Positions 39,905-50,057 of a stretch of 64,000 bases of DNA are shown piece after piece. A program made the translations under genes and the position numbers. How positions within the stretch are numbered: position 1 is the first letter of the stretch; every line of letters begins with the position of its first letter. Location: positions 192,001 to 256,000 of the forward strand of contig CBDESZ010000016.1 of NCBI GenBank assembly GCA_965242725.1, given 5' to 3'. Origin of the DNA: Alkalispirochaeta sp. (GTDB taxonomy: Bacteria > Spirochaetota > Spirochaetia > DSM-27196 > Alkalispirochaetaceae). The notes below the pieces were generated by a model, which saw only the letters and a list, made by a program, of their open reading frames with translations, was not told where the DNA came from and did not search any database.

Positions 39905-40975
39905 TCAGAAGGCGAAGCCCAGCCCCGGCTCCTCCGAGGGGATGATCGCGCCGTCGACGATCGTCACCGCCGCCGCAGTGGGATCGTCGACAAACTCGAG
40001 GTGACCGTCCAGATCGGCGTACTTCACGTTGGGGCTGGCGAGCGCCAGATGCGCCCCCGCTGCAACTCCAAGGCCCGCCTCGTCCATACACCCCACCATG
40101 GTCGGCGCCCCGGCGGCGGCGGCAATCGCATCCAGCTGTCCGGCCCGCATGATGCCTCCCGTCTTTGCCAGCTTGATGTTGTACATGTCGGCGCCGCCGT
40201 GATTCATGATGGTCAGGACGTCTTCAGGTCCCAGGACCGCCTCGTCGGCCATCACCGGGAATCCCGTGCCGATCGCTCCTCTGAGGACAAAGAATGCATC
40301 CAGATCGTTCTTGTGGCACGGCTGCTCGATGAATTCCGCCCCCACCGTTTGGAGTGTTTCCATGCACTGCAGCGCCTGCAGCACCGAATAGCCCTGATTG
40401 GCGTCAAAGTAGAGGCGTACGTCATCACCCACCGCTTCACGTACCTTGATGATCCGTTCGCAGTCCTCCTCCACGTCTGCACCGCCCTTGAGCTTCAGGG
40501 TGGTGAAGCCCCGGTGACACCACTCCACAGCTTTTTCGACGGTCCGGGCGGGAGACATGATTCCGATTGTGACGGAAGTTCGAACCAAATTTTCGTACCC
40601 GCCAAGGAGGCGATAGAGAGGCAGGCGCGCCGTACGCGCCATGATGTCCCAGAGTGCCATGTCCACCGCCGCCATCGCCGTGGGTTGATCCTTCAACGTC
40701 TCCATGAGCCGATGCAGAATGCGGGCGGGCCGCAGGGGATCTTCACCGAGGAGCTGCGGTATGGCCACATCACGCAACGCCCGTTCCACGGTCTCCGCCG
40801 TCTCACCGGTAACCTCCTCATCATGGGCGGCGCATCCAAAGCCGGTCACGCCGCCGTCGGTCTCGATGCGGAGAAAGACATTTGTCGTGTGGTCTATGGT
40901 GGAGTAGGCGATTGCAAAGGGTTCACTCAGGGTAAGGCGGAGGGGCCACGCCTCGCAGCGGGTGATTTTCATCAC
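39905..40975 (-). CDS. Enolase-superfamily dipeptide epimerase / N-acyl-amino-acid racemase
   Basis: AVDMALWD, LKLKG, DANQGY, EQP, ADE, NIKLAKTGG, GCMDE, ADLDG. Confidence 0.9.
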   Translation of the reverse strand: MMKITRCEAWPLRLTLSEPFAIAYSTIDHTTNVFLRIETDGGVTGFGCAAHDEEVTGETAETVERALRDVAIPQLLGEDPLRPARILHRLMETLKDQPTAMAAVDMALWDIMARTARLPLYRLLGGYENLVRTSVTIGIMSPARTVEKAVEWCHRGFTTLKLKGGADVEEDCERIIKVREAVGDDVRLYFDANQGYSVLQALQCMETLQTVGAEFIEQPCHKNDLDAFFVLRGAIGTGFPVMADEAVLGPEDVLTIMNHGGADMYNIKLAKTGGIMRAGQLDAIAAAAGAPTMVGCMDEAGLGVAAGAHLALASPNVKYADLDGHLEFVDDPTAAAVTIVDGAIIPSEEPGLGFAF

Positions 40976-42117
40976 GTTCCTCCCGGGGAGCGCTTCAGGA
41001 TCTCGTCAATGAAGGAATCGAAGTGATGGATCAGGGGATCCAGTACGGGCAGCCCCGTCTCGTCACGGAGACGTCGGCACTCCTCGTCGATCTCTTCAGG
41101 CTTCATATCCTCGTGGTTGATCGTGACTGCAACCACGGGAACGTCGGAAATGAGTTCCACCGCGCGGATTTGACGCTCCAGCGGGTGAATCGGCGTTCCC
41201 GGGATTCCGTCGTAGTCGCGGCGGCGCGGTACATGCTGCATGATGACGCCGTGGGGTCTGCCGGCGGCAAGTATTTCAAATCCGCCCGGATAGATCGGAT
41301 TCATGAGGCTCCCCTGCCCTTCGATGACCATCATCTGCGGCCGCTCCGCGTCCCACGCGCTGAGTATCGCATGTTCAATCTCTCCGGCGACAAAGTCGTT
41401 GATCAGCGCGTCCATGATCACGCCGTAGCGGGCGCCCTGCATCCACGCCGTCTGTCCGGTACCGATCATCGCCGCCGTCATGCCCAGCCGTTCCAGCGCT
41501 TCCACCAGTTTCCATGCGGTTGTCCGTTTGCCCGCAGATGAGTCTGTTCCGAGGACGGCGATGCGTCGGGACGCAACCTCCCGGATACGTCCGGTGAAGG
41601 GATGGAGGTCCCGGCGCGGGGGCGTTTTGCGGACATCGCGGATGGCGGCACCGCTGCGTGCTGCGGCCTCCCGCATTTCCGTATCCTCCGAGAGAAAGGT
41701 ATGCATACCGCAGTCCACATTGAGTCCACGCTTCAGGGCGTGAAGAAGGTCCCGACGCATTTCGTCGTCCAGCTTTCCGCCGTCCGGAGCGATACCGAAT
41801 ACAAGATGGGTTATCTCCGTACCGAGTTGCCGCGCTTTTTCGACGGCGTCGTCTATTGTTGCATAGATTGTGATACCCGACTTGTTTTGGTCGAGAACGT
41901 CTCCGGCATCCCGTCCCGCGTATCGACCGTCGACGACGCCGAAAACATTGTAGCGCCGGGTGAATCGAACGAGACCGTGGGCCGTCTTTCCCCATAACGT
42001 ATTGAAATACCCCTGGCAGTAGACGAGGGCGTTCCCGTCCCGCCTGTCCGTGTCTGCCGTGACCTGTTGCTTCTCCACCGGAAACCTCACTTTCTGTCTG
42101 GTCGTATTGTGCATCAT
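40972..42117 (-). CDS. DUF1611-family protein (DgcN-like)
   Basis: GKTAHGLVR, GIAPDGG, GMHTFL, VLGTDSSAGKRTT, GTGQT, DFVAGEIE, EGQGSL. Confidence 0.85.
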   Translation of the reverse strand: MMHNTTRQKVRFPVEKQQVTADTDRRDGNALVYCQGYFNTLWGKTAHGLVRFTRRYNVFGVVDGRYAGRDAGDVLDQNKSGITIYATIDDAVEKARQLGTEITHLVFGIAPDGGKLDDEMRRDLLHALKRGLNVDCGMHTFLSEDTEMREAAARSGAAIRDVRKTPPRRDLHPFTGRIREVASRRIAVLGTDSSAGKRTTAWKLVEALERLGMTAAMIGTGQTAWMQGARYGVIMDALINDFVAGEIEHAILSAWDAERPQMMVIEGQGSLMNPIYPGGFEILAAGRPHGVIMQHVPRRRDYDGIPGTPIHPLERQIRAVELISDVPVVAVTINHEDMKPEEIDEECRRLRDETGLPVLDPLIHHFDSFIDEILKRSPGGT

Positions 42118-42194
42118 ACACCGTTACCATGTAATTTTGTCTTGCAGTAATACTTTTCATTGTGGATATCTCCATTACGGTGTAGCATCAGTTC

Positions 42195-42710
42195 ATGAAA
42201 AATAGTTTCCTGCCCTCTTTTATGGTTATTTCAGTCATATTTACGACTCTTGTGCTGGTTGCCGGATGCGCCCAAACGGAGACCGAGGAGATGTCTGAGG
42301 CGGAAATCGTCGAGCTTCTCTCCCAGGTCGTCGCCGGTGAAGAAGCCATTGAGGAGGCGGGGCAGCGCTACTTTCTCGGGCTATCCAATGAAAACAACAA
42401 CATCATCGCTCCAGCGGCTCTGCATGAGCGCCTGACCAACGGAGAACCCATTACGGTGGTGGACATACGGCGGGCCCAGGACTATGCACAGGGCCATATT
42501 CAGGGAGCTCGAAATATCTGGTGGTTTGACGTGGGGCACCATCTGGCAGAATTGCCGCTGGACCAGCGCATTCTCGTTACCTGCTACAGCGGTCAGGCGG
42601 CGGGCCAGGTTGTCGGTGTTTTACGTACCATGGGATATGAGGCGGTCTCCCTCGCGGGCGGCATGAATAACGGCTGGTACGCCTCGGAACTCCCGGTGGT
42701 GACGGACTGA
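42195..42710 (+). CDS. Rhodanese-domain lipoprotein
   Basis: Lipobox [26 protein letters not shown], active-site loop [18 protein letters not shown]. Confidence 0.88.
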   Translation: MKNSFLPSFMVISVIFTTLVLVAGCAQTETEEMSEAEIVELLSQVVAGEEAIEEAGQRYFLGLSNENNNIIAPAALHERLTNGEPITVVDIRRAQDYAQGHIQGARNIWWFDVGHHLAELPLDQRILVTCYSGQAAGQVVGVLRTMGYEAVSLAGGMNNGWYASELPVVTD

Positions 42711-42714
42711 TACC

Positions 42715-44610
42715 ATGAGAAGCATACGTTTCCAGCTCATTTCCGCGTTTTTAAGTATTGTCCTGCTTATCATCGTCATTGCAGGGGCGGGATTTTGGGG
42801 TATAGATTCGCTTTCCCGCGGCGTAGACCGTATCGATGGAAACAACAACCGGATTCTCACCTATCGCGACGCGACAAACATGGTCGATGATGTGCAGAGT
42901 AATATCCAGAGCCTTATAGAAAACCGCAATCAGGTCGGCCTGCAGGAGTTTTCCCGCCTGAAAGAGACGTTTGCCGAGAACGGCGACCTGGACCGTCGGG
43001 GACTGCCCGCGGTTCAGCAGGTTCTTGTCTATGTTATCAGTGACGGCATCGAGAGTTACATAGCCACCTTTGAGGACCAATTCCTTCCGGTCCTTGAAGA
43101 GCGACAGCTTCTCCTGTCCCGTTCTGTTGAGCAAACCCTCCGCAACGCCGCTTCCGGGGGAGCGACCGATGACGGAACGTCCATGAATGCGGAGTACTAT
43201 CACATCGGCCTGCAGCAGACGGCACGACAACTGGAAATGACCCACACGACGATCTCCCGGGCGGGAAGCACCCTCAACGGGCTTCTCACCGATGAGATCT
43301 ACCAGGTTACCGCGAGGAGCGATGATGTGGGCGACAGACTCCGCAGCGTCCTCCTGATCGCCTCTCTCGTCGCGGTTGCGGTGAGCGTGGTTCTTTCACT
43401 CCTCTACAGCAACCGTTTTACCGGTGCCGTTCAGTCGATCTTTCACGCCATGAAGGACGTTTCCGGCGGAAACCTGACGATCCGTCTGGAGACGAAGTAT
43501 CGCGACGAGATCGGTGCGCTGGGCCGGAGTTTCAACGACTTCCTGGTGAACCTCTCGGGCATTGTCGCGAGCACACGAACGAGTGCCGTGGAAACACTGA
43601 CCGGTACCGACCGGCTCCTGAAGGCGATGACCGTCACGGGAAAATCCGCTGAGGAAATCACCGCTCTTTCCGCACAAGTTGAAGAGGTGATCTCCCGGCA
43701 GGGAGAAATTGTTACCACCGTCTCCTCCAACATGGAGGAAATTGCCCGGACGATTGAGGAGCAGGACGCCAATATCGCCACCCAGTCGGAGACGGTGGAG
43801 CGGAGTAACCGGTCTATTTCTGCGCTGATTGACAGTATTCAGGAGACCGCCGCCAATCTGGGTACGGGCGCGATAGAGTCCGATCACCTGCAACAGGTGA
43901 CTTCGACGGGCAGCGCGCGCCTTGATGAGCTCAAGGAAACTGTTCATACCCTGAGCCAGCGTTCCGAGGCGATCATTGAGGCCAACTCGACGATCAAACA
44001 GATAGCGTCCCAGACGGACCTGCTGGCGATGAACGCCGCAATAGAAGCAGCCCACGCGGGCGAGGCGGGCCGCGGCTTTTCCGTCGTGGCCGAGGAGATA
44101 CGGAAACTTGCGGAGGTCTCCAACGAGCAATCCCGCACCATTTCCGAAAATCTCAATGACGTGAAGGAATCGATAGAGCGCGCCGTCGGCATTTCCGGCG
44201 AGACCGAGGTCTCTTTCGAGCGCATCACCGCATCGGTCGCGAAGGTGAACACCCTCCTCAACGACATCAAGGTGCAGGTGGATGGCCAGTCAAAGAACAG
44301 CGAACAGATACTCGCGTCCCTGGAGGAGATCGGCCGTATCACAGAAAGCGTCAAGACCGGCTCACGGGAGATGCTGGTGAGCGGAAAGGTTGCCATCGAC
44401 GCAATCGGTGGACTCGTCAACATCAGTGCCAGAGTGAGTGATTCCGCCCATTCCGTCTCCGGCGAGGCGACGCGGGTCCGCAAGGATACCGAGGAGTCCC
44501 TCTCTCTGGTGAACTCCATGGTCGCCGTTACCCGCTCACTGAACGAACAGGTTGCGATTTTCCAGATCGAGGATGTCGACACCCTTCAGGCGGTCGGCGA
44601 GGAGGAGTGA
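42715..44610 (+). CDS. Methyl-accepting chemotaxis protein
   Basis: Two TMs, helical periplasmic domain, HAMP ([11 protein letters not shown]), [38 protein letters not shown]. Confidence 0.95.
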   Translation: MRSIRFQLISAFLSIVLLIIVIAGAGFWGIDSLSRGVDRIDGNNNRILTYRDATNMVDDVQSNIQSLIENRNQVGLQEFSRLKETFAENGDLDRRGLPAVQQVLVYVISDGIESYIATFEDQFLPVLEERQLLLSRSVEQTLRNAASGGATDDGTSMNAEYYHIGLQQTARQLEMTHTTISRAGSTLNGLLTDEIYQVTARSDDVGDRLRSVLLIASLVAVAVSVVLSLLYSNRFTGAVQSIFHAMKDVSGGNLTIRLETKYRDEIGALGRSFNDFLVNLSGIVASTRTSAVETLTGTDRLLKAMTVTGKSAEEITALSAQVEEVISRQGEIVTTVSSNMEEIARTIEEQDANIATQSETVERSNRSISALIDSIQETAANLGTGAIESDHLQQVTSTGSARLDELKETVHTLSQRSEAIIEANSTIKQIASQTDLLAMNAAIEAAHAGEAGRGFSVVAEEIRKLAEVSNEQSRTISENLNDVKESIERAVGISGETEVSFERITASVAKVNTLLNDIKVQVDGQSKNSEQILASLEEIGRITESVKTGSREMLVSGKVAIDAIGGLVNISARVSDSAHSVSGEATRVRKDTEESLSLVNSMVAVTRSLNEQVAIFQIEDVDTLQAVGEEE

Positions 44611-44648
44611 CCGGTTTTCCGCCCCGGGCGCTCCGGCCGGGACCCCGG

Positions 44649-45698
44649 TCAGTGTGCCACCGTCTGCATGAAGACATTCTGCATGAAGAAGAGCCCCACA
44701 AAGGTGAGAAGCGCCGCCGCCGTCGGGGTGGCAAACCATCCGATGAGAATGTTCCGCAGCAACCGCATATTGAGGTTCCGTCCACCCTTGGCGAGGCTGA
44801 TGCCCACCACCGATCCCACCGCCGCCTGCGATTGTGAGACGGGAACGAGGGGAAAAGAGGGCAGGCCCATTCCGGTGAGCCACGCCTTGAGCCCCTCCGA
44901 TGCGAAGAGAAAAAGAACCGTTGCAGTAGACGCGATGACGACAAAGGCGGCAACCGGTGAAAGCTTGTACAGACCCGACCCCATCGTCACCATGACGCGC
45001 TCGGAATAGGTGGCGACGCCGACAGAGGCGGCGATTCCGCCGAGGGCGAACAGTTGCTGTGTTCCCGTCACCGTTACGGGTCCGATCGTGAAGGTGGTGA
45101 AAGGGGACGATTCCAGAAAGACACCCACCACATTGGCCATGTTGTTGGCACCCAGGCTGTAGGCGCCGAATATTCCCGCAAGAATGAGGGCAAACCGGGT
45201 GTAGCGGTCCAATCGTATGAGGTGAATTTCCACGTGCTGCAGGACAAATCTGACGACAAAAAAGAGCAGGAACGCCAACAGTCCCCCGAGAATCGGTCCG
45301 TAGACCCACGTTGCCACGATGCGCGTCAGTGCGGTGGGGTCCGTGGCATGGCCGGTAAAGAGATTCCAGCCGATAATGCCCCCGACGATTGCCTGTGTCG
45401 TAGATACGGGCAGACCGCTGCGGGTCATGAACATGACCGTTGCCGCCGCGCTCAGGGAGACGACAAAGGAGCCGGCAAGGGCGTTTACCGCTCCCAGTGC
45501 ACCCAGACCGTGTGCCGTCCCGGAGCCGCTGTAGACGGCGCCCAGGGTGATAAAGACGGCGCAAATCACCGCGGCGGTACGAAAGCGTACCATCTTGGTG
45601 CCCACGGCAGTCCCGAATATATTGGCGGCGTCGTTTGCGCCGAGAGACCACCCCATGTACAGGCCGCTGGATAGAAATATCAGTCCCGCAATTCCCAT
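44649..45698 (-). CDS. PiT-family inorganic phosphate transporter
   Basis: GANDAAN, GLPVSTTQ, GANNMAN, PVSQSQ signature repeats. Confidence 0.92.
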   Translation of the reverse strand: MGIAGLIFLSSGLYMGWSLGANDAANIFGTAVGTKMVRFRTAAVICAVFITLGAVYSGSGTAHGLGALGAVNALAGSFVVSLSAAATVMFMTRSGLPVSTTQAIVGGIIGWNLFTGHATDPTALTRIVATWVYGPILGGLLAFLLFFVVRFVLQHVEIHLIRLDRYTRFALILAGIFGAYSLGANNMANVVGVFLESSPFTTFTIGPVTVTGTQQLFALGGIAASVGVATYSERVMVTMGSGLYKLSPVAAFVVIASTATVLFLFASEGLKAWLTGMGLPSFPLVPVSQSQAAVGSVVGISLAKGGRNLNMRLLRNILIGWFATPTAAALLTFVGLFFMQNVFMQTVAH

Positions 45699-45714
45699 GT
45701 TCTACTCCGCCGAA

Positions 45715-46386
45715 TCAGATCTGCCGCTTAATGGCATATACCGCGAGGCGGTCGGCGACAGCTTCCGCTTCATCGGCAGTTCGGGATATCTGCTCCGCGA
45801 AATAACGGATATGGACCTTTTTACTGAACTTTTCGATCTCATCGGAGGCGAAGGTCTTCCGCTTCAGGCGCTCTTCAATCTGATCGGCCTGATGTTCCCA
45901 GTAGTAGACTTTGTCGACGTGTTCATTGACGCGGTAGAAATCCTTGAAGAAGGCACGGACCGCCGCGCACACTTCCGTTACCGCCTTGGAACAGGTGGCG
46001 CTGAGTTCCAGAAAATCGTCCTTCACGAAGTCGTATATGTCGGGCTGTTCTATACTGAAGTGTTTTGCCACATCCTTGGCTTCGTCGGTAACGTTGTCCA
46101 GCGTCTCCAGCAGGGCAAGAACGTCACCCCGGGCGTCGGGGATGAGCATATCCGAGTAAAGGCGATGCTTGATTTCCCGCCTCAGATTGTCCGCCTCCTG
46201 CTCCATCGCCTGGATTTCATTGAGCTTGTCCTCAAAGAGTTCTTTCTTGTCTTCGATGTATTTATGTACCGCGTCTTCAAGGAGCAGCACGCTCTGTTCC
46301 ACGATGCTCACATAGCGGTCGATCTTGTTCTCCAGGCTCTTTACCTTGAGACCGAGATGCAGACTTTGTCCACCTTTTGCCCTCAT
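45715..46386 (-). CDS. DUF47/PhoU-like Pit accessory protein
   Basis: Duplicated E(Q/H)(E/Q)AD motifs (MEQEADNLRREI, WEHQADQIE); directly upstream of pit. Confidence 0.88.
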   Translation of the reverse strand: MRAKGGQSLHLGLKVKSLENKIDRYVSIVEQSVLLLEDAVHKYIEDKKELFEDKLNEIQAMEQEADNLRREIKHRLYSDMLIPDARGDVLALLETLDNVTDEAKDVAKHFSIEQPDIYDFVKDDFLELSATCSKAVTEVCAAVRAFFKDFYRVNEHVDKVYYWEHQADQIEERLKRKTFASDEIEKFSKKVHIRYFAEQISRTADEAEAVADRLAVYAIKRQI

Positions 46387-46451
46387 ACCTGATGTTACTC
46401 CGGAATATTTTGATGTATTGGAGACCGAAACGACGTCAAACCGATCGGATC

Positions 46452-46490
46452 CTCACAAAATCCTAACATTTGTTTAACACGGGTGCAACA
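46452..46490 (+). promoter_or_regulatory. Putative Pho-box array: four hexamers at an 11-bp period
   Basis: CTCACA 46452, CTAACA 46463, TTAACA 46474, GCAACA 46485, between divergent pit and phnD-like genes. Confidence 0.65.
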
Positions 46491-46570
46491 AAATTTCATT
46501 GCGGGGTCCCGAATGCCCATGTTACACTCGTGGACACAATGTTTCTGTGGAAAGAAGGAGGATTTACGGA

Positions 46571-47581
46571 ATGAGAAAATTGATGCTCTTGGTTTTGGTG
46601 TTCCTGGCGGTATCCGGCGTCGTCTTTGCGAGCGGTGCGAGCGAGACGGGAGCGGCGTTGGAACCGATTCCTGCGAGTGAATGTTCGCCGGAAGAACGGG
46701 GCAAGCTGGACGTCTACTACTGTGACAAGAACGGTGACCTCGTCGCCGATCTGCCGGAGGATGAGAAATACTGGCTCGATCCGGAAACCCTCATCTTTGC
46801 ATATACCCCGGTAGAAGATCCCGCGATATACGAAGATATGTGGCAGCCCTTCCTGGACCACCTCTCGGAAGTTACGGGACGGAATGTACGTTTTTTCAGT
46901 GTCGATTCCTATACGGCTCAGGTTGAAGCGATGCGCGCCGGCAGGCTCCATATTGCCGGTATTTCCACCGGACCGACGCCCTTTGCCGTTAACCTGGCCG
47001 GATACGTGCCCATCGCAATCATGGGTGGAGCGGACGGACAGTTTGGATATACCCTGCAGATGTTTGTCCGCGCCGACAGCGACTATTATGAGCTGGAGGA
47101 CCTGAAGGGCAAACGTGTCGCCCACGTCACCCCCACATCCAATTCCGGTCATCAGGCTCCGAGCGCCCTTTTCCCTGAAGAAGGTCTCGTTCCGGGTGAG
47201 GATTATGAACCGGTCTTCTCGGGAAGTCATGAAAACTCCGCCCTCGGAGTGGTGGCCGGCGACTATGACGCCGCCCCCGTTGCGTCGGAAGTGGTCGACC
47301 GCATGGCGGAGCGTGGACTCTATGATCCCGATGAGATCAGGATCATCTTTGAATCCGACTCCTTCCCCACCACCTCCTACGGAATATCCCATCGCCTCCA
47401 TCCCGACCTCCAGGAAAAAATAAGGGAAGCGTTCATGTCCTATGAGTTTGCCGGGACACCCCTTGGAGAAGAGTTCCAGGTCGACGGTTTCATTCCGATT
47501 ACCTACGAGCAGCACTGGAAGGTGATCCGGACGATCCAGGAATACAACGGTGTGGAATATCGTCTCGAGGATATCGACTAA
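46571..47581 (+). CDS. phnD: Phosphate/phosphite/phosphonate ABC substrate-binding protein (PhnD-like)
   Basis: Signal peptide ending FASGASE; FAYTPVE, SYTAQVEAMRAG, TPTSNSGH, FSGSHENS. Confidence 0.85.
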   Translation: MRKLMLLVLVFLAVSGVVFASGASETGAALEPIPASECSPEERGKLDVYYCDKNGDLVADLPEDEKYWLDPETLIFAYTPVEDPAIYEDMWQPFLDHLSEVTGRNVRFFSVDSYTAQVEAMRAGRLHIAGISTGPTPFAVNLAGYVPIAIMGGADGQFGYTLQMFVRADSDYYELEDLKGKRVAHVTPTSNSGHQAPSALFPEEGLVPGEDYEPVFSGSHENSALGVVAGDYDAAPVASEVVDRMAERGLYDPDEIRIIFESDSFPTTSYGISHRLHPDLQEKIREAFMSYEFAGTPLGEEFQVDGFIPITYEQHWKVIRTIQEYNGVEYRLEDID

Positions 47582-47602
47582 GCTGATTCAACGGACCGAA
47601 TT

Positions 47603-47635
47603 ACACCGGCGTGTACTTTACGCGCCGGTGTTTTT
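47603..47635 (+). terminator. Intra-operon hairpin/terminator between phnD and phnC
   Basis: ACACCGGCGTGTA-ctt-TACGCGCCGGTGT followed by TTTT. Confidence 0.7.
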
Positions 47636-47672
47636 GTGTGCATCCTGCACGTCCAATGTGGAGTAAAACAAC

Positions 47673-48464
47673 ATGCTGAAAATTACCAATCTCGTGAAGA
47701 GCTACGGTCACGGTGAGCCGGTATTGAAAGGTCTGAATCTCACAACCGACAACCGCCGGCTGACGGCAATCATCGGCTCCTCAGGTGCCGGAAAAAGTAC
47801 GTTGCTGCGGTGTATAAACCGTCTGGTACCCGCCAACTCCGGGCACATAGAACTTGACGGAACAGACATCCTCTCCCTTCACGGCAAAGAGCTCCAGCAC
47901 GCCCGTCGCCAGATTGGAATGATCTTTCAGGCCTACAACCTGGTTGACCGGTTGACGGTCATGGAGAATGTTCTGTCCGGCCGCCTCGGCTATGTCGGGT
48001 TTCTCCGCGGCCTCTTTCGCCGGTTTCCCCAGGAGGACGTTGACAGGGCGTATTCTCTTCTGAAACGTGTCGGGTTGTCCCACTACGTGAATAAACGATG
48101 TGACGCCCTCTCGGGAGGTGAGCGTCAGAGAGTCGGATGTGCCCGGGCACTCATGCAGAATCCGCGCATTCTTCTGGCCGACGAGCCGACGGCCTCGCTG
48201 GATCCCAAGACTTCGGAACGCATCATGGAGCTTATCGCGGGAATCACCGATGAGCTCGACCTGCCGGTACTCATTAACCTGCACAACGTCCCCCAGGCAA
48301 AGACCTATGCAGACCGGATCCTTGGATTGCGACACGGCGTGATGGTCTTTGACGGAGAGGCGGACGATCTGACGGAAGACTGGCTGGAGCGGATCTACGC
48401 CGGCCACGAGGATGACCTGAAGAAACAGATGAAAGTCGCCTCGGGAGCGGAAGACGATGAGTGA
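47673..48464 (+). CDS. phnC: Phosphonate-type ABC ATPase
   Basis: GSSGAGKSTLLRCINRL, ENVLSGRLG, LSGGERQRV, ADEPTASLDP, INLH. Confidence 0.9.
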   Translation: MLKITNLVKSYGHGEPVLKGLNLTTDNRRLTAIIGSSGAGKSTLLRCINRLVPANSGHIELDGTDILSLHGKELQHARRQIGMIFQAYNLVDRLTVMENVLSGRLGYVGFLRGLFRRFPQEDVDRAYSLLKRVGLSHYVNKRCDALSGGERQRVGCARALMQNPRILLADEPTASLDPKTSERIMELIAGITDELDLPVLINLHNVPQAKTYADRILGLRHGVMVFDGEADDLTEDWLERIYAGHEDDLKKQMKVASGAEDDE

Positions 48465-49260
48465 TCCCGCAACTCCTTTTCACTGGCGCCGTCCGCACTT
48501 TATTGAAAATCCCTATGTCCGATACGGGCTGCTGGCGGTTGGACTGGCATACCTCTACTACGCCGTAAGTACCCTGGAGGTAAATCCCCAGCGCATCGCC
48601 GAGGGTATCCCCCGGGCGATCAACATGTTCAAGGGTGCGGTTCCCCCGGATTTCCAGTCCCGGGGCGGTCTCATCATCCAGGGGTTCATTGAGAGCATTC
48701 AGATGACCCTCATCGCCACGGCGGTGGGTGTCCTCTTGAGTATTCCCATTGGCTTTATGGCGGCAAAAAACGTCGTGATCAAGCCGGTGTATGTGATCGG
48801 CCGGATGATTGTCGTCGTTGCCCGCAGTCTGCATCCCGTCGTGCTGGGTGTGCTCTTTGTCGCCGCCGTCGGTTTCGGTGCCTTTGCCGGCATTTTGACG
48901 CTGATTCTCTATACCATCGGGTTTGTGGGAAAGCTTCTCGCCGAGGCGATAGAGGAGATAAAATTCGGGCAGATTGAAGGAGTCCGTTCAACGGGAGCGG
49001 GGTACTTCATCATGCTGGTATATGCGGTTTTCCCCCAGATTCTGCCGCGACTCATCGGGCTTTCCATTTATCAACTGGATATCAACCTCCGGGCGTCGGC
49101 GGTTGTCGGTATTGTCGGAGCAGGTGGAATCGGCAGCACCCTCAACACCGCCTTTGGTCGGTATGACTATGCTACGGCCGCGGCGATACTGATCATCATG
49201 ATCGGCATCATTCTCGTTGCGGAAGGAATCAGCGGACGGCTCCGGAGGTTAACGAAATGA
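48457..49260 (+). CDS. phnE: Phosphonate-type ABC permease
   Basis: GKLLAEAIEE, PQILP, DINLRASAVVGIVGAGGIG. Confidence 0.88.
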   Translation: MSDPATPFHWRRPHFIENPYVRYGLLAVGLAYLYYAVSTLEVNPQRIAEGIPRAINMFKGAVPPDFQSRGGLIIQGFIESIQMTLIATAVGVLLSIPIGFMAAKNVVIKPVYVIGRMIVVVARSLHPVVLGVLFVAAVGFGAFAGILTLILYTIGFVGKLLAEAIEEIKFGQIEGVRSTGAGYFIMLVYAVFPQILPRLIGLSIYQLDINLRASAVVGIVGAGGIGSTLNTAFGRYDYATAAAILIIMIGIILVAEGISGRLRRLTK

Positions 49261-50057
49261 CGGCTGCATCGGAAGGTTTCAGGTGGATACGATTCAGCCG
49301 TAAAGAACGTATCATTCGTACGGTAGCGTACTTTGCGGTGGCGGCAATTCTCTATTGGGCGTTGTCCACGGTCGACGTATTCTGGCCGTGGGTGTGGACC
49401 GCGCCGGCGCAGATCAATGACATGCTCTTTCGCATGTTCCCTCCGTCACTGGCCTCATTGAATGGAATTCTGCGGGCTCTTCTTGAAACGGTGAATATCG
49501 CCGTCCTCGGTACGATCGTGGCGGTGATCCTTGCCCTGCCGGTCGCCTATCTTGGAGCGCAGACGGTGACGCCGAACAAGGGAACCCTCTGGTTTGCCCG
49601 GGTCATTATCGTCGGCAGCAGGTCGGTGGACACGCTCATCTGGGCGCTCATTTTTGTCGCCATCATCGGTCCCGGACCGTTGGCGGGCGTCCTGGCAGTG
49701 GGATTTCGATCGATCGGATTCCTGAGTAAGCTCATCGCCGAGGCGATAGAGGAAATCGACTGGGGCCCCGTGGAAGCGATGCAGGCGGCGGGAGCGTCAA
49801 AGGCGCATGTCGTCGTCTACGGAATTGTTCCCCAGATTGTGCCCTCCTTCTGGGCGATAACGATCCTGCGATGGGATATCAATATCAGGGAATCCACCGT
49901 TCTGGGACTGGTCGGAGCCGGCGGTATCGGTCTGCTCTTTCAGAGTGCCATTGATACATTCCGCTGGAACACGGTCTCCCTCGTCCTGATCGTCATTGTG
50001 CTTGTCGTGCTTGCGGGTGAGGTGGTCACCGGCCTGGTGCGGAAGAAGCTGCTGTAA
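49257..50057 (+). CDS. phnE: Phosphonate-type ABC permease
   Basis: GPGPLAGVLA, KLIAEAIEE, RWDINIRESTVLGLVGAGGIG. Confidence 0.88.
   Translation: MTAASEGFRWIRFSRKERIIRTVAYFAVAAILYWALSTVDVFWPWVWTAPAQINDMLFRMFPPSLASLNGILRALLETVNIAVLGTIVAVILALPVAYLGAQTVTPNKGTLWFARVIIVGSRSVDTLIWALIFVAIIGPGPLAGVLAVGFRSIGFLSKLIAEAIEEIDWGPVEAMQAAGASKAHVVVYGIVPQIVPSFWAITILRWDINIRESTVLGLVGAGGIGLLFQSAIDTFRWNTVSLVLIVIVLVVLAGEVVTGLVRKKLL

Noticed and set aside
46571..50057. Phosphonate (C-P lyase) or phosphite-oxidation pathway
   Set aside because: Only transporter genes are present; no phnG-M, phnX or ptxD in the window.
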